A DNA stretch of 64,000 nt from Ginglymostoma cirratum (Eukaryota): assembly GCA_024137785.1 (NCBI GenBank), contig JAHRHZ010000021.1, positions 36,801,691 through 36,865,690 of the forward strand. The letters run 5' to 3'. This document shows positions 9,977-22,280 of this stretch, piece by piece (the stretch's first letter is position 1; the number at the start of each line of letters is the position of its first letter). Both the position numbers and the translations under genes were made by a program. The notes under the pieces are model-generated. The model made no database searches, was not told the DNA's origin, and saw only the letters and a list, made by a program, of their open reading frames with translations.

Positions 9977-12583
9977 CAGCCCTGCTGGGTCTTCACCGTC
10001 CCCCCAGACCTCCCCTTCAGTGAGGATGAATAGTCAGTCCTCAGTAACGGGCTCACCGTTATCCCCCTCCACCCAAACATCGACAAATACCGCTCACGCT
10101 TGGACGTTGAACAGTTTTTCCGCCGCTGCCGGCCTCGCCTCCGCGCTTACTTCTTTAATCGTGAGGCTAACCCTCCCTCTACTGACCCCTTCTCCCGCCT
10201 CCAACACACCCCTTCCTCCTGGACACCACCCCAAGGCCTCCTACCCTCCCTCGACCTCTTCATCTCCACCTGCCATCAAGACATCAATCGCCTCAACCTC
10301 TCCACTCCTCTCACCCACTTCAACCTCTCCCCCACAGAACGTGCAACCCTCCGCTCCAATCCCAACCTCACCAGAAAACCCGCGGACAAGGGAGGCACAG
10401 TTGTAGTATGGCGCACTGACCTCATATCACCGAGGCCAGACGCCAGCTCTCTGACACCGCCTCCTACCGCCCCCTTGATCATGACCCCACCCCTGACCAC
10501 CAAAAAATCATCTCCCAAACCATCCACAACCTCATCACTTCAGGTAACCTCCCACCCGCAGCCTCCAACCTCATCGTTCCCCAACCCCGCACCGCCCGTT
10601 TCTATCTCCTTCCCAAAATCCACAAACCTGACTGCCCTGGTCGACCCATTGTCTCCGCCTGCTCCTGCCCCATTGAACTTATCTCCAATTATCTTGACTC
10701 CATTTTCTCCCCCTTGGTCCAGGAACTCCCCACCTACGTCCGTGACACCACCCATGCCCTCCACCTCCTCCAAAACTTCCGATTCCCTGGTCCCCAACAC
10801 CTCATCTTCACTATGGACGTCCAATCCCTGTATACTTGCATTCCCCATGCGGATGGCCTAAAGGCCCTTCGCTTCTTCCTGTCCTGCAGGCCCGACCAGT
10901 CCCCCTCCACTGACACCATCATCCGCTTAGCTGAACTCGTCCTCATCCTTAACAACTTCTCCTTCAATTCCTCCCACTTCCTACAGTCAAAGGGGGTGGC
11001 CATGGGTACCTGCATGGGCCCACGCTATGCTTGCCTCTTTGTAGGATAACTGGAACAATCCATCTTCCAAAGCTACACTGGCCCTATCCCCCACATTTTC
11101 CTCCTTTACATCAATGACTGTATCAGCGCCGCCTCGTACTCCCATGAGGAGCTCGAACAGTTAATCCACTTCACTAACACCTTCCACCCCAACCTTAAGT
11201 TCACCTGGACCATCTCCGATACCTCTTTCTCCTTCCTGGACCTCTCTGTTTCCATCTCTGGCAGCCACCTGGAAACCAATGTCCATTTCAAGCCCACCAA
11301 CTCCCACAGCTACCTAGAATACACCTCCTCTCACCCACCTTCCTGCAAAAATGGCTGTCCCCTATTCCCAACTCCTTTGCCTCTGCCGCATCTGCTCCTG
11401 AGACGAGGCATTCCACTCCCGGACATCCCAGATATCCTTGTTTCTCAAGGACCACAACTTCCCCTCCACAGTGGTCGAAAACACCCTCAACCTTGTCTCT
11501 CACATTTCCTGCAACTCATCCCACACACCACCTCCCTGCAATAACAACCAAAACAGAATCCCCCTCGTCCTCATGTACCACTCCACCAACTCCGGATCCA
11601 ACGCATCATCCTCCGGCACTTCTGCCATCTGCAATCTGACCCCACTACCAAAGACATTTTTCCCTCCCCACCCTTATCTGCTTTCCGGAGGGACCACTCT
11701 CCGTGACTCCCTTGTCCGCTCCACACTCCCCAGCAGCCCTACCACCCCCGGCACTTTTCCCTGCAACTGCAGGAAGTGCTACACCTGCCCCTACACCTTC
11801 CCCTCAACCCCATCCCAAACCCCAAGAAAACCTTCCATATCAAACAGATGTTCACCTGCACATCTGCTAATGTGGTATATTGTATCCGCTGTTTCCGATG
11901 TGGCCTCCTCTACATTGGGGAAACCAAGTGGAGGCTTGGGGACCGCTTTGTGGAACACCTACTTTCGGTTTGTGACAAACGACTGCACCTCCCAGTCGCG
12001 AACCATTTCAACTCCCCCACCCACTCCTTAGACAACATGTCCATCCTGGGCCTCCTGCAGTGCCACAACGATGTCACCTGAAGGTTGCAGAAACAACACC
12101 TCATATTTCGCTTGGGAACCCTGCAGCCCAATGATATCAATGTGGACTTCACAAGCTTCAAAATCTCCTATCCCCCTACCGCATCCCAAAACCAGCCCAG
12201 CTCGTCCCCACCTCCCTAACCCGTCCTTCCTCCCACTTATCCACTCCTCCCATCTCAAGGCCCACCCCCATCTCCTACCTACCAGCCTGCCCCCGCCTCC
12301 TTGACATGCCCATCATCTCTGGACTGACCTATCCCCTCCCTAACTCCCCACCTACATTCACCTTTCCGGGCTCCATCTGCACCTCTTTGACCTGTCTGTC
12401 TCCTCTCCACCTATCTTCTCCTTTATCCATCTTCTGTCCACCTCCCCCCTCTCCCTATTTATTTCAGAATCCACTTCCCCTGCCCCATTTCTGAAGAAGG
12501 GTCTAGACCCGAAACGTCAAGCTTTCCTGCTCCTATGATGCTGCTTGGCCTGCTGTGTCCATCCAGCTCTACACCTTGTTATT
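9977..12583 (+). mobile_element. Penelope-like retroelement (Neptune-like), 5'-truncated and degenerate: RT + Cys-rich linker + GIY-YIG endonuclease + C/T-rich tail + terminal repeat with hammerhead motif
   Basis: Peptides KPADKGG, MDVQSLYT, GVAMGTCMGP, YIND (decayed YIDD), FPCNCRKCYTCP, NVVYCIRC...LLYIGETK..LGDRFVEH; frameshifts and stops (e.g. TAA at 11047). Confidence 0.9.
12488..12521 (+). ncRNA. Minimal hammerhead ribozyme motif in the Penelope terminal repeat
   Basis: ttt-CTGAAGA-A-GGGTC-ta-GACCC-GAAAC-GTC-aag; predicted cleavage after C12518. Confidence 0.75.
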
Positions 12584-12799
12584 TCAGGTGGTCTAATTGG
12601 TTACAACCTGCTTGGAGGCAGGTTGCCATTATCACTGCCAATAAACAAACCCTGCACCCTCAACAAATCCTGCTTACTCCAATATATCTCAAAAGATGGC
12701 AATATGCTGGCAAACCAGCACTCTGACACATAGAAGGAAATTATCAGCCCAGTTGTCTCCTGCACCACTTCTGTAGTCAAAAGAGAACTTGGCACACAC

Positions 12800-13305
12800 T
12801 TCAGATCAATGACCTTTTATCAGTGTATCAGATCATCAAACTGAAACATTAGCTCAGTTTCTCTCTCTCTACAAATGCTGCTTGACCTGCTGAGTATTTC
12901 TGGAATTTTCTCTTTTTAGTTTAGATTTCCAGCAGCTGTAGTATTCGGCTTTCGTATGACTGTATAATTCCAGTTGGACTGGATTTACAGTAGTTTTCCA
13001 CTGTGTCCCTGAAATCAAACTTGAACTTTACAAAAGATGAGCTGGTTCACAGAGCTAGGGACTTACCTCTTTACACCATAAATAAGCTACACTGGCAATC
13101 TGTTCTGAAGTATCTTGATATTCTTATTACCCCAATTGTTAATTTTAATAGCAAAAACAGAAGTTGCTTGAAAAGCTCAGCAGATCTGGCAGCATCTGTG
13201 AAGAGAAATTGGAGTTAACATTACAGGTCCAGTGACCCTTCCTCAGAACTCAACTTTTCCATCAACTTTTGTCTTACAGCATCTGCAGTTCTTTCAGTTT
13301 TTATT
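12800..13305. mobile_element. Cluster of older Penelope-type terminal-repeat copies (plus ~12835-12950; minus 13152-13250)
   Basis: ctgaaacattagctc...tgctgcttgacctgctgagtatttc; minus strand CTGAGGAAGGGTCACTGGACCTGTAATGTT. Confidence 0.6.
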
Positions 13306-13646
13306 TTGTTAATTTTAATAGTTTCTCTCAGTAGGTCAGTGTAAATAGTTATAAGTTGATGGATTTTTGTTTTCATAAAACTGATGTAAGTTTGCCTCAA
13401 GATTCCCAACTTCGTTCCACTTATGGCTCATAGTAACAAGCAAAGAGATTTTAATTTTGCGCATTTCAGTTGGTTTTAAGCAGTGAAATTGAATGCAGAA
13501 TGTTCTACATTGCTGTGCCATCCAGCCTGCTTGAGCTCTGACAAACAAACAAACAAATAAACAATCTTTAATGTTATTGAAGTATTCTGTCAAAATGAGA
13601 ATATAACCCATTGCTTTAGATTTTAGACAAAGAAGGGTGCAGGCAT

Positions 13647-15403
13647 TTTATTAAAATAAAAGCAAGTTCATTTAATGGGTGGAGTAATGAACAGAAGGAA
13701 CAAGCAACAATATAACTTGACATATAAATGGATGCTAACAATTTAGAATAGCCAAGTGTGTTTATTTTACTATTAATCTTAAATGCAAAATAAGAACATA
13801 AAGAATTCTCTATAAACTTCATTATAGCTTTGTGATGTAAGGATGCCATTTTGCAAAAACTTTGCCGTGAAAGAGGGATCTTCACTGCTTAAACTTTGTT
13901 AAATAATTTAAAGCTATCAAATCTGCTTTAATTAAAAAGTATAACTACAATCTTACTGTAGGTCCAGATTAACAGTGATTGAATGAATGGCCTATGTGTC
14001 TATTGCATTAAAATGAAATGTAGACACATGTGGTTAAAAGTATTGTTAAATAACATAATCTAATCATCCTAATACAATGTAAACAATTATAAACTGCAAA
14101 TTATAAACTGCAAAACTCCCTCAATTGTTGAGCATTTCTTTCATTCATTCTTCGTTTAAACAATTTCAAATCTTTTGCAGGTAGTGCATTGAGATCCAGG
14201 TGTGAGGACTCTTGATGTAACAAATATCCCACCCAATGGCTGAATTTGGTATATACAAGTTCTTATTTACAAACTTAGCACTCCCCTCTGTCATCAGTTG
14301 CATTAAGCAACTGGTCATCAAATTTATTAAGTCTCATCATAACTTAAGAAACAGCTACTTTTAAAGAAATGATCCCATTGTTCGAACCTAGGATAGCTAT
14401 TGTTTTAGTGTATTTTGTAATGAGTTTTTAAAAGTTTAATTTATTCTTTCAGAGGTGATATTTGAATGCCCAATGCTTAGTCTTTTAAATTAAAACTGTG
14501 CTCCCCCTTTTAAATTTTCAGGAATTACAAATTATTTGAAGTGTCATCAAGGTCCTGTTGTAGATCATCCTCCACAGTTCTTTGTAAATGTAAGATTATT
14601 AAATCTTAAAATAAGAACCTTTGCACAAATCCAGTTAGGTTGCAGTTTAAATGTAGTGACATGCCTGTTTTCATTCTGGCACATATTCTAAGTACAAGCA
14701 TATATACACATTTGTGCAGAATGTAAATTTAAAGTATACAAGTACTTTGCAAAAATAGGTATTAAATTTTGCAAAAACAGTGCAGGTTATTAGATCACAA
14801 AATACATGATACATTTCTAGCTATTTGAGAGAAAGAAATTGATTACATTACCAAAATGAATTAATGTCAACTGACACCGATATCTTACAGGGACATTTTT
14901 CTTTCCCTTTCAATTCACAGGCAAATTATTTGATTGCTTCTGGGCAGTTCCAGTTATTCATGTAAAGCTGATTTCCTATTTATAAAGTATAAGTTATTTT
15001 GCTGAAATAGTTGGTGAAAATGCTGATGGGAGGAGAAGGCGAAAGATGGCTTTCAAACCCGAATTAAATTAGGTCAGAATGCTAAGTATTTGTGACCTCA
15101 TCTTTAATAAATAGTCAGCAGGCAAGACTCGGTCATTACTGCTACACTTGTCACTCATCCACTATACATTGTACAAGGAGAGCCAGAGAGGCTAAAGGCA
15201 GAGTGCAGTACTAGGTCCAGTTAATTACATATATTAAAAAATTGATTATAAAGCAGTTCATCTTATCTGGTAAGTGAAGTACAGATTCTGTTTCTCTCTT
15301 GCTGAAGTCTGAGCACACACATTATACATTCACCATGTTAGCAGTTTCTTTTGGAAAAGTGGGAACTCCCCAGGCACCCTTTACATAAAAGTTTTTTTTT
15401 AAG
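13647..15403 (-). other. wnt5b: Putative wnt5b 3' UTR (end uncertain)
   Basis: AT-rich sequence with no recognisable repeats after the stop codon; minus-strand AATAAA candidates at 14440-14445, 14323-14328, 13761-13766 and 13647-13652. Confidence 0.5.
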
Positions 15404-15862
15404 TTATTTGCAAACAAACTGATCAACTATTTGTGTGCATTTTTTGCATTTGACGTAACAGCACCAATGGAATTTACAATGGCATCTTTCAACTTTCGTG
15501 GTCTTGAACTGATCATAACCCCGTCCGCAGCACATTAGCTCACAACCATCCATTCCCTCAGAGGTCTTGTTACAGAGGCGGCCCGTTGTGCCCAGGGAGC
15601 CTGTGGTCTTATTCTTAACACAGTAATCAGGGCTCTGATCGAGATAAACTAGATCATCTGCAGTGGGAGGGTTGAAGCGGCTGTTTACTAGCTCCAGCTT
15701 CCCTTTGCGGTTAATTTTCATGGCAGCAGCGCTGTCATACTTTTCTTTCAGCAGATCACCCACTTTCCGGAAATCAGCCAGTTGAAGCCAGCAAGTCTTC
15801 AAGCTGCAGGAGCCTGAAACACCGTGACACTTGCATGCCACATCCGCAAGATTATACACAGC
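15404..15862 (-). CDS. wnt5b: Wnt-5b last coding exon ([19 protein letters not shown]...DQFVCK*)
   Basis: 459 nt; acceptor ttttttcacag|GCT; [10 protein letters not shown] lipidation motif and Cys-rich C-terminus; [11 protein letters not shown] is Wnt5b-like; spliced total 1080 nt = 359 aa + stop. Confidence 0.96.
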   Translation of the reverse strand, partial: AVYNLADVACKCHGVSGSCSLKTCWLQLADFRKVGDLLKEKYDSAAAMKINRKGKLELVNSRFNPPTADDLVYLDQSPDYCVKNKTTGSLGTTGRLCNKTSEGMDGCELMCCGRGYDQFKTTKVERCHCKFHWCCYVKCKKCTQIVDQFVCK

Positions 15863-15997
15863 CTGTGAAAAAAAATGAAAGACAGAAGATTTACATCTCT
15901 AGAATTAAATTTCATTTGCTAAGATAAATACCACACTTTGCAATTAATGTTTAACAGCTCTGCTAATTCCAGGTAAACAAATTGTGAACCACAATTT

Positions 15998-16377
15998 GTA
16001 TCAGAGATAAAAGGCATCTGCAGTACCTTTTATCTCTGATACAATTTTAACCCCACTGCGAAGCCTCTTCTAAGGATGCCTACCCTGAAGAAGTTACCCT
16101 CCTCCCTCCGGACAAACCTCAGGGAATTTCTCTCCCACTGCAACTCTCTCATACACCTTTACTGGCTCCATCCCCACCTCTTCGACTTGTCTGCCTCCTC
16201 TCCACCTATCCTCTCCTCTATCCATCCCCTATCCGCCTCCCCCTCTCTCCCTATTTATTTCAGAACCCTCTTCCCCTCCCCAATTTCTGATGAAGGGTTT
16301 AGGCCCGAAATGTCAAGTTTTCCTGCTCCTATGATGCTGCTTGACCTGCTGTGTTCATCCAGCCCCATGCTTGTTAT
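15998..16377 (+). mobile_element. Rearranged non-autonomous Penelope derivative in the last wnt5b intron
   Basis: 16-nt TSD ttgtgaaccacaattt (15982-15997, 16378-16393); 19-bp hairpin at its 5' end; tail and terminal repeat similar to 12355-12583. Confidence 0.8.
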
Positions 16378-19300
16378 TTGTGAACCACAATTTACCTGAA
16401 CGTCCCTGGAGTATAGGAGGCAAGAGAATCAAGTTACATCTTCCGAATTACTGACAAGTGAACTTTACTGGAAAGTTCATATGTATATAATTAGTGAAGA
16501 AAAGATCAGAATAAGCTCTTCAAAATGATGTTGTAGCAAAAGCAAATTCACAACACTGTGAGAAAATTATACAGAAATAATAAAAACTGCAACTTCCAAG
16601 CAAATTACAAAATGAAATGACCGTGTAAGACACAGTATGGGCTCTTAAAAGAGAAGCACATTTCACTTGCAGGCTTACAGCAAAAACAGGTAATTGATGG
16701 TGTTGGTAGAATCCCTAAGACTTTGGACTAATTTCATCACTGTGATGAGAGTGGCAGCAATGCAAGGTTCTGAATGTTACACATTGGCAGCCATTAGATA
16801 TCTCACCATAGGCCCGAACAGACATTCACGATGCTGTCTTCCTGCTCTCAGTAATGTACAAAAACAACAAGTTGCAGTCATATGGCCAATCTTACAAAAG
16901 TATAATGTGAAAAGAAATGCTTCCTCAAAATATGCTGAGTGAGGTACGTAGGGTGGCTGAGGCAGAATCACACCTGGAAAGGTGGTAAGAGAATAGAATG
17001 ACAGGGAGTAGTGATGGTTTATGTTAGGAATTGGCAGAGGACCAGAGTGTGCTGTGTGAAGTACACAAGCAGGAGAAATAAGCAGCAGCATGACTGGCTG
17101 AAAGGAAAGGGAGGGTGCAGAAAGGACAGGTCATGTGAAAGAAAGGGGTGAAAGTAGTGTGTTCAGATCCAGAGCAGCCAAAATGTCGATGGGGATAGCC
17201 TGAAGCATCATATACCAATTTTGGGGTTTCCAGGGTCAAAAACTTATGTTGAATGGACCCCAGTCTATCAGTAATTCAAATGGCAGACTACCAATTGTTG
17301 GCTGCCGTCAGTGAAAACAGAGGGATGAGGAGGAGGGTAAAATCAACCGTGAGCGAGAAGAACCTAACTCAGCCTTTCAGTGTATAGTGTTTTCAGGTTG
17401 TTAATCAATTAGCACCAACAGACCTAGATCACCAACAGATGGTCGAAGAGCAGTAGAAATGAAACTGTAAGGAAAGTTAAGTCCAGCAAGCCAGCCAAAA
17501 TTAAAAGGTAACTCTAGCAAATCAATGCAGATGAGGAAGATGTAGTAAGGGGAAGAACATACAAGACTGGACCAGCAGTAGGCATTTGGAAAATTAATCC
17601 AAACTAGTCCATTAGAAAAAATGATAGAAGAGTTCTGGAGGAGAAGTGGAGCAAAGAGATAATAAGGAATCATATTGGAAATATGGTAATACACAAGGTC
17701 ATAGCTCTGACTCAGCAGAGAAATAGAAAATGTGTCTTCAAAAGCAGGCCACATACTGGTATTGAGGCAGTTAGAGAGTGGTCTCTTGGTTAAAAAGACA
17801 GGTGGGAAAGATATGGATCACTTCAGCTGAGAAGAATTGAAGAAATTGAATTAAGTCTTGGAGAAAGATGCTTTAGTTCAGGTCACAAATTGCAATGGAG
17901 TTGTGCAGGTATGTCTCAGCCATAAGTGATTTCAAAGATCACGTTTTACAGTAAACTGACACTAGGGATTGTGATTGTAATAGTGAAAAGGTATATGGTG
18001 CTGCCCCATTCTCAATTACTTTTGCAAGATTCCAGCAGCAAAGAGGATCCAAGAACTCCACGCAGTAAAGCAACTGTATTGCTATGGGCAAGATGAAGAG
18101 ATAGGTCCCAAGAACTACCTCATCCAGTACGGGGATTGAACCCAGAACTGTTTGTATTGTTCCACACCATTCTCTTACACCTTCAGTCCCAAATAGCAAC
18201 AGAGTTGAAAGGCAACAGCACGTTAGTTGGACTACCTCAGCTTATGAACTTGTACATTGTTCATTTTACAATCTTCACAAATTCCTTAAATATGTTTTCA
18301 TGGTGAAACATTTTGCAATTACAATCACAATAATAACCAACAAGATATTTGAGGGAACCATTAGCGATGTAATGTGTTTGCTCAGTTGGAGGACATGTTA
18401 GGTGAACCCAACATGACACTGCATAAGAAAATTCTCTGCAAGATCCAGTATTAGTGATAAAATGGTGAGGGGGATAGAGAGCTGGTCAGTAGGTAGATTA
18501 TTATACTATAACAAAATAATAAGTTCGGATCTGTTTGGAGACTGGTCACCAACAATGGCTGTTCTTTGTATTTTTTTCGATGTTCAATTATATAAGACAT
18601 TGTTGCAGAAATCTGAAAATTTGAAGCTATTACTAAAATGGGTGTGATTCTCAGTATTGTACACTTGTCCAGTTAGTTCAGCTAGATCTTAATCCACAGA
18701 CAATTGGGCTTATGACTGCTTTGCCATGAAGCAGTAGCTAGAACAAATACACTACCAGGATCTATTTATTCGACAGAAGTCTGTAAATGAATTAATATTA
18801 TTTTTGTATTCTCACTGAGGCATTTCATTGTCTTACACAAGGACAGAGTCCAATTGTGGTCTAATCTCTTGGTAGGTATTATTCTTTTGCACTTGCAGCA
18901 TCTACTGTGCTTTGCTTTTGTGTTAAAAGAGGCCATCTGGTTGATAAAGAGGAAATAAATAAAGGAACATCACTCCTCAGCTCCTTAGTAATGTTGAACT
19001 ATATAAAAGGAGACAAACTAAAGGGTTTAAGTTTTAAAGAAGATGCTGGAGATAAGATGTATCGGATAGATATGTTTTCTGCCGATTTCTAAAATAAATA
19101 TAGTGTAAAGTGTAATAATTGCATAAAAACAAAAAGTTTGTGTGTATGTGTGGGGGGTGAGGGGGGCCGGGGATGCAGTGTGCTACAGAAGTTAAAAGCC
19201 AAACAAAAGTGAAGGAACCTCAAGGATAAATGATAGTATTAGACTTAGTAACTGAATCCTCATGTGTCAATGAAGTGGCCAGATTAATGGTTGAACTTAT

Positions 19301-20444
19301 GAGCACACCACCGGAAACCCACTGGAGATGATGGTGAGTACAATTAGGAACTGAGTCACTTGCCACAAAATAAAAATAAGCAGTGAGGGAAACGAAGGAA
19401 TTGAGCCCAGTGCATGGATAACAGTTATTAAAAATAATAAGTAAATCTGTGAAGCTTCAAATAATTATATTAACAGGCAGATATCAGGCCCTGTCCAAGG
19501 AATCAAAGGCTTAGGCAACTACAAAAAAGCAGATGACAGCTTCAAGCAAAACATCAGCCCAAACTTTATGGGGAGGCAGGAGTAAATTTCAGCAGCATGA
19601 AATCTGAAAATACAGAAAAGGCAGTTGGTAAGGAATGAATAAGGGCAGAAAGACATTTTATTTCCAGATGCACATTAAATTTTCTTAGCATTAACAATGG
19701 AAAACAATTTTGGTTTTGAGATTGATCTGGACTTTATTCTTAAAGTACATCTAAAACTAAATTTCATACTTTCTAATGTATTTGGAGTCAGTTTCCTCTT
19801 AGCTGGCTTTTTGCAAATGTACTCTAGTTGCTTAGTTAGATAGTTTATATTGAGGACATTGCTTTGTGGCTTTTCACATAGTTGAGTATACTCACAGAAT
19901 GTAATCCACACAAAACTGGTAAACTATTGGGCAAAATTAGAAACAGGCAGAATGGTAGATTTAAACTAAGTCATCCAATTAAATTCCAATGATATCAGGT
20001 AGCTGCTATCAATAACGGTTGCAAATATAATGCATTTCACAAAGGCTGAGCAAACTATTTCCCACCTATTTGCTAATTTCAAATTCTATGTCTCCTCCAT
20101 TGAGTTATTCTTCCTTCCTCCTAAACCAAAATAATATCATCCACGTCTTCATAACAATGAAGAAAACAACAATTCAGTCTGTTTTCTGGCTAGCAATGAA
20201 GCCAGCTCTGTGAATGCACAGCCTTCCTTGACCTGGATGGAAATAGTTACTCATTGCTGAAAGGCATTTGTAAAACTCAACGCCTGGAATTGAGGAAAAG
20301 GAATTTTTAAAAAAGAAAGGTAACTTTTTACTACACCGGGTGAAATTACAGCTTATATTTTGCAATGCTACCAAATGAACCACTAAACATGATTTGTGTT
20401 TATTGTCTCTCTGATAAGACAGATACCATTTTAATAGGTCATGG

Positions 20445-20935
20445 AACATAAGAACTAGGAGCAGAAGTAGGCAATCTATCCCCTTGAGCCTCTTCCAAGG
20501 GCATTTAACAAAACTGTGACTGATCTCATCTCGGCCTCAACTTTGCATTCCTGCCCACTTTCCATAACCTTTCAACTCATTGCTCATTAAAAACCTGTCT
20601 ATCTCCTCAGTAATTTACTCAATGTCCCAGCATCCACCACACTCTGGGGTAGTGAATTCCACAAGATTCACAACTCTTTGAGAGAAATAAATCCTCTTCA
20701 TTTCTGTTTTAAATCTACCGCCTCTGAGCGTAAAAGTACAAGCGCTTATTCTAGATTGGCCCACAAGGGAAACATCTGCTCTATATCTACTTTGTCAATC
20801 CCCTTTGTCAAATTGATATACCTCAATTAGATCTCCTCATCCTTCTAAACTCTAATGAGTGTAGGTTTAAACTATTTAAGTTTTCCTTATAAGATAAGCC
20901 TTTTATCCCTGGAATTAACCTAGTGAACCTCTCTT
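20445..20935 (-). mobile_element. CR1 LINE 3' fragment
   Basis: aacataagaactaggagcagaagtaggc tail; gggtagtgaattccaca (WNSLP on the minus strand). Confidence 0.65.
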
Positions 20936-21181
20936 TGTAATTTCTTTTAAAAATAAGGATCTTCTAACCAGTTTCTTATGATTTCACCTTGCTCATTGTA
21001 GAATGAAAAGTTCTAAAGTCTCTTGAGAATTTGGTAGATCAACAGAATGGTGGAAGCAGGTTTAATTATCCCTTTTCAGAAAGAAATTAGATAAGCACCT
21101 GAAGAAGAACAAAAGAATTGTAGAGATACAGGGAAGAGGCAGGAAACAATGCAGAGAGACAGTATAAACATGACAGGCCAA

Positions 21182-21577
21182 CCTCCCTAACCTGTTTTTC
21201 CTCTCACCTCAAGCCACACCCCCATCTCCTATCTACTAACATCATCCCGCCCCCTTGACCTGTCTGTCCTCCCTGGACTGACCTATCTCCTCCCCACCCC
21301 CCCTACCTACACTCACCTTTACTGGCTCCATCCCTGCCTCTTCGACTTGTCTGCCTCCTCTCCACCTATCCTATCCTCTATCCATCCTCTATCCACCTCC
21401 CCCTCTCTCCCTATTTATTTCAGAACCCTCTTCCCCTCCCCCATTTCTTGAAGGGTTTAGGCCCGAAACGTCAAGTTTTCCTGCTCCTATGATGCTGCTT
21501 GACCTGCTGTGTTCATCCAGCCCCATGCTTGTTATCTCAGATTCTCCAGCATCTGTAGTACCTTTTATCTCTTTATT
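21182..21577 (+). mobile_element. 3' fragment of the Penelope-like element (tail + full terminal repeat, hammerhead core damaged)
   Basis: Similar to 12210-12583; CTGATGA reduced to cttga; possible TSD acaggccaa at 21173-21181 and 21578-21586. Confidence 0.8.
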
Positions 21578-22280
21578 ACAGGCCAAATGATATCCACTGT
21601 GCTTTAGATAATTCTCACATTCTATAATTACTTTACAAGGGTAAGATTCTCTCCTTCTAGGACCAAAAATACTTATGGTACTCAAGTGATGTTTCACACA
21701 CACCCAAGACTGAAAAGCTATTGAATTGTAAGAACTCATTCGCCTGTAATGGTAGATATGCAGTAATACCACAGTGAATCCTTCATAGGGAGAGCAGGCT
21801 AATCTACAAGGCAAGAGCAGATCATAACATCACTTGGTCCAATGATCACAACAATAGCAATTATGTCCAGCCTACAGAAGTTGCACACTCCTGCTCTACG
21901 TTTACTATTACATTAACAAAAACAATGATTCAATCAGCACCTAATAAATGTCTCAATGTGTGTAATCCCATGAGAAGTTATAATTTCAGATCTTGGAATA
22001 CACAATGCAAACCCTAAGCCATATCAAAACATAGTTGGTCCCAGATAGACTGCATCCAGTATGTAGTAATATGTATCACATGATAAACATGATAGTGTTT
22101 AAAAACTAAAAGTTCTTTCAGAGAGAAAAATGGACAGAAGGAAAAGGTGCTAAAAATAAATGTAAAATTGAAAAATCAAAATAGGTAGGTAGCAGCGCAT
22201 ACCCTTCCAATACTAATCTGCCTAAAGGAATATTTAACCGGTAAAAATCTTAAAGAAAAATGAAATTCCCTGGTAAGTAC

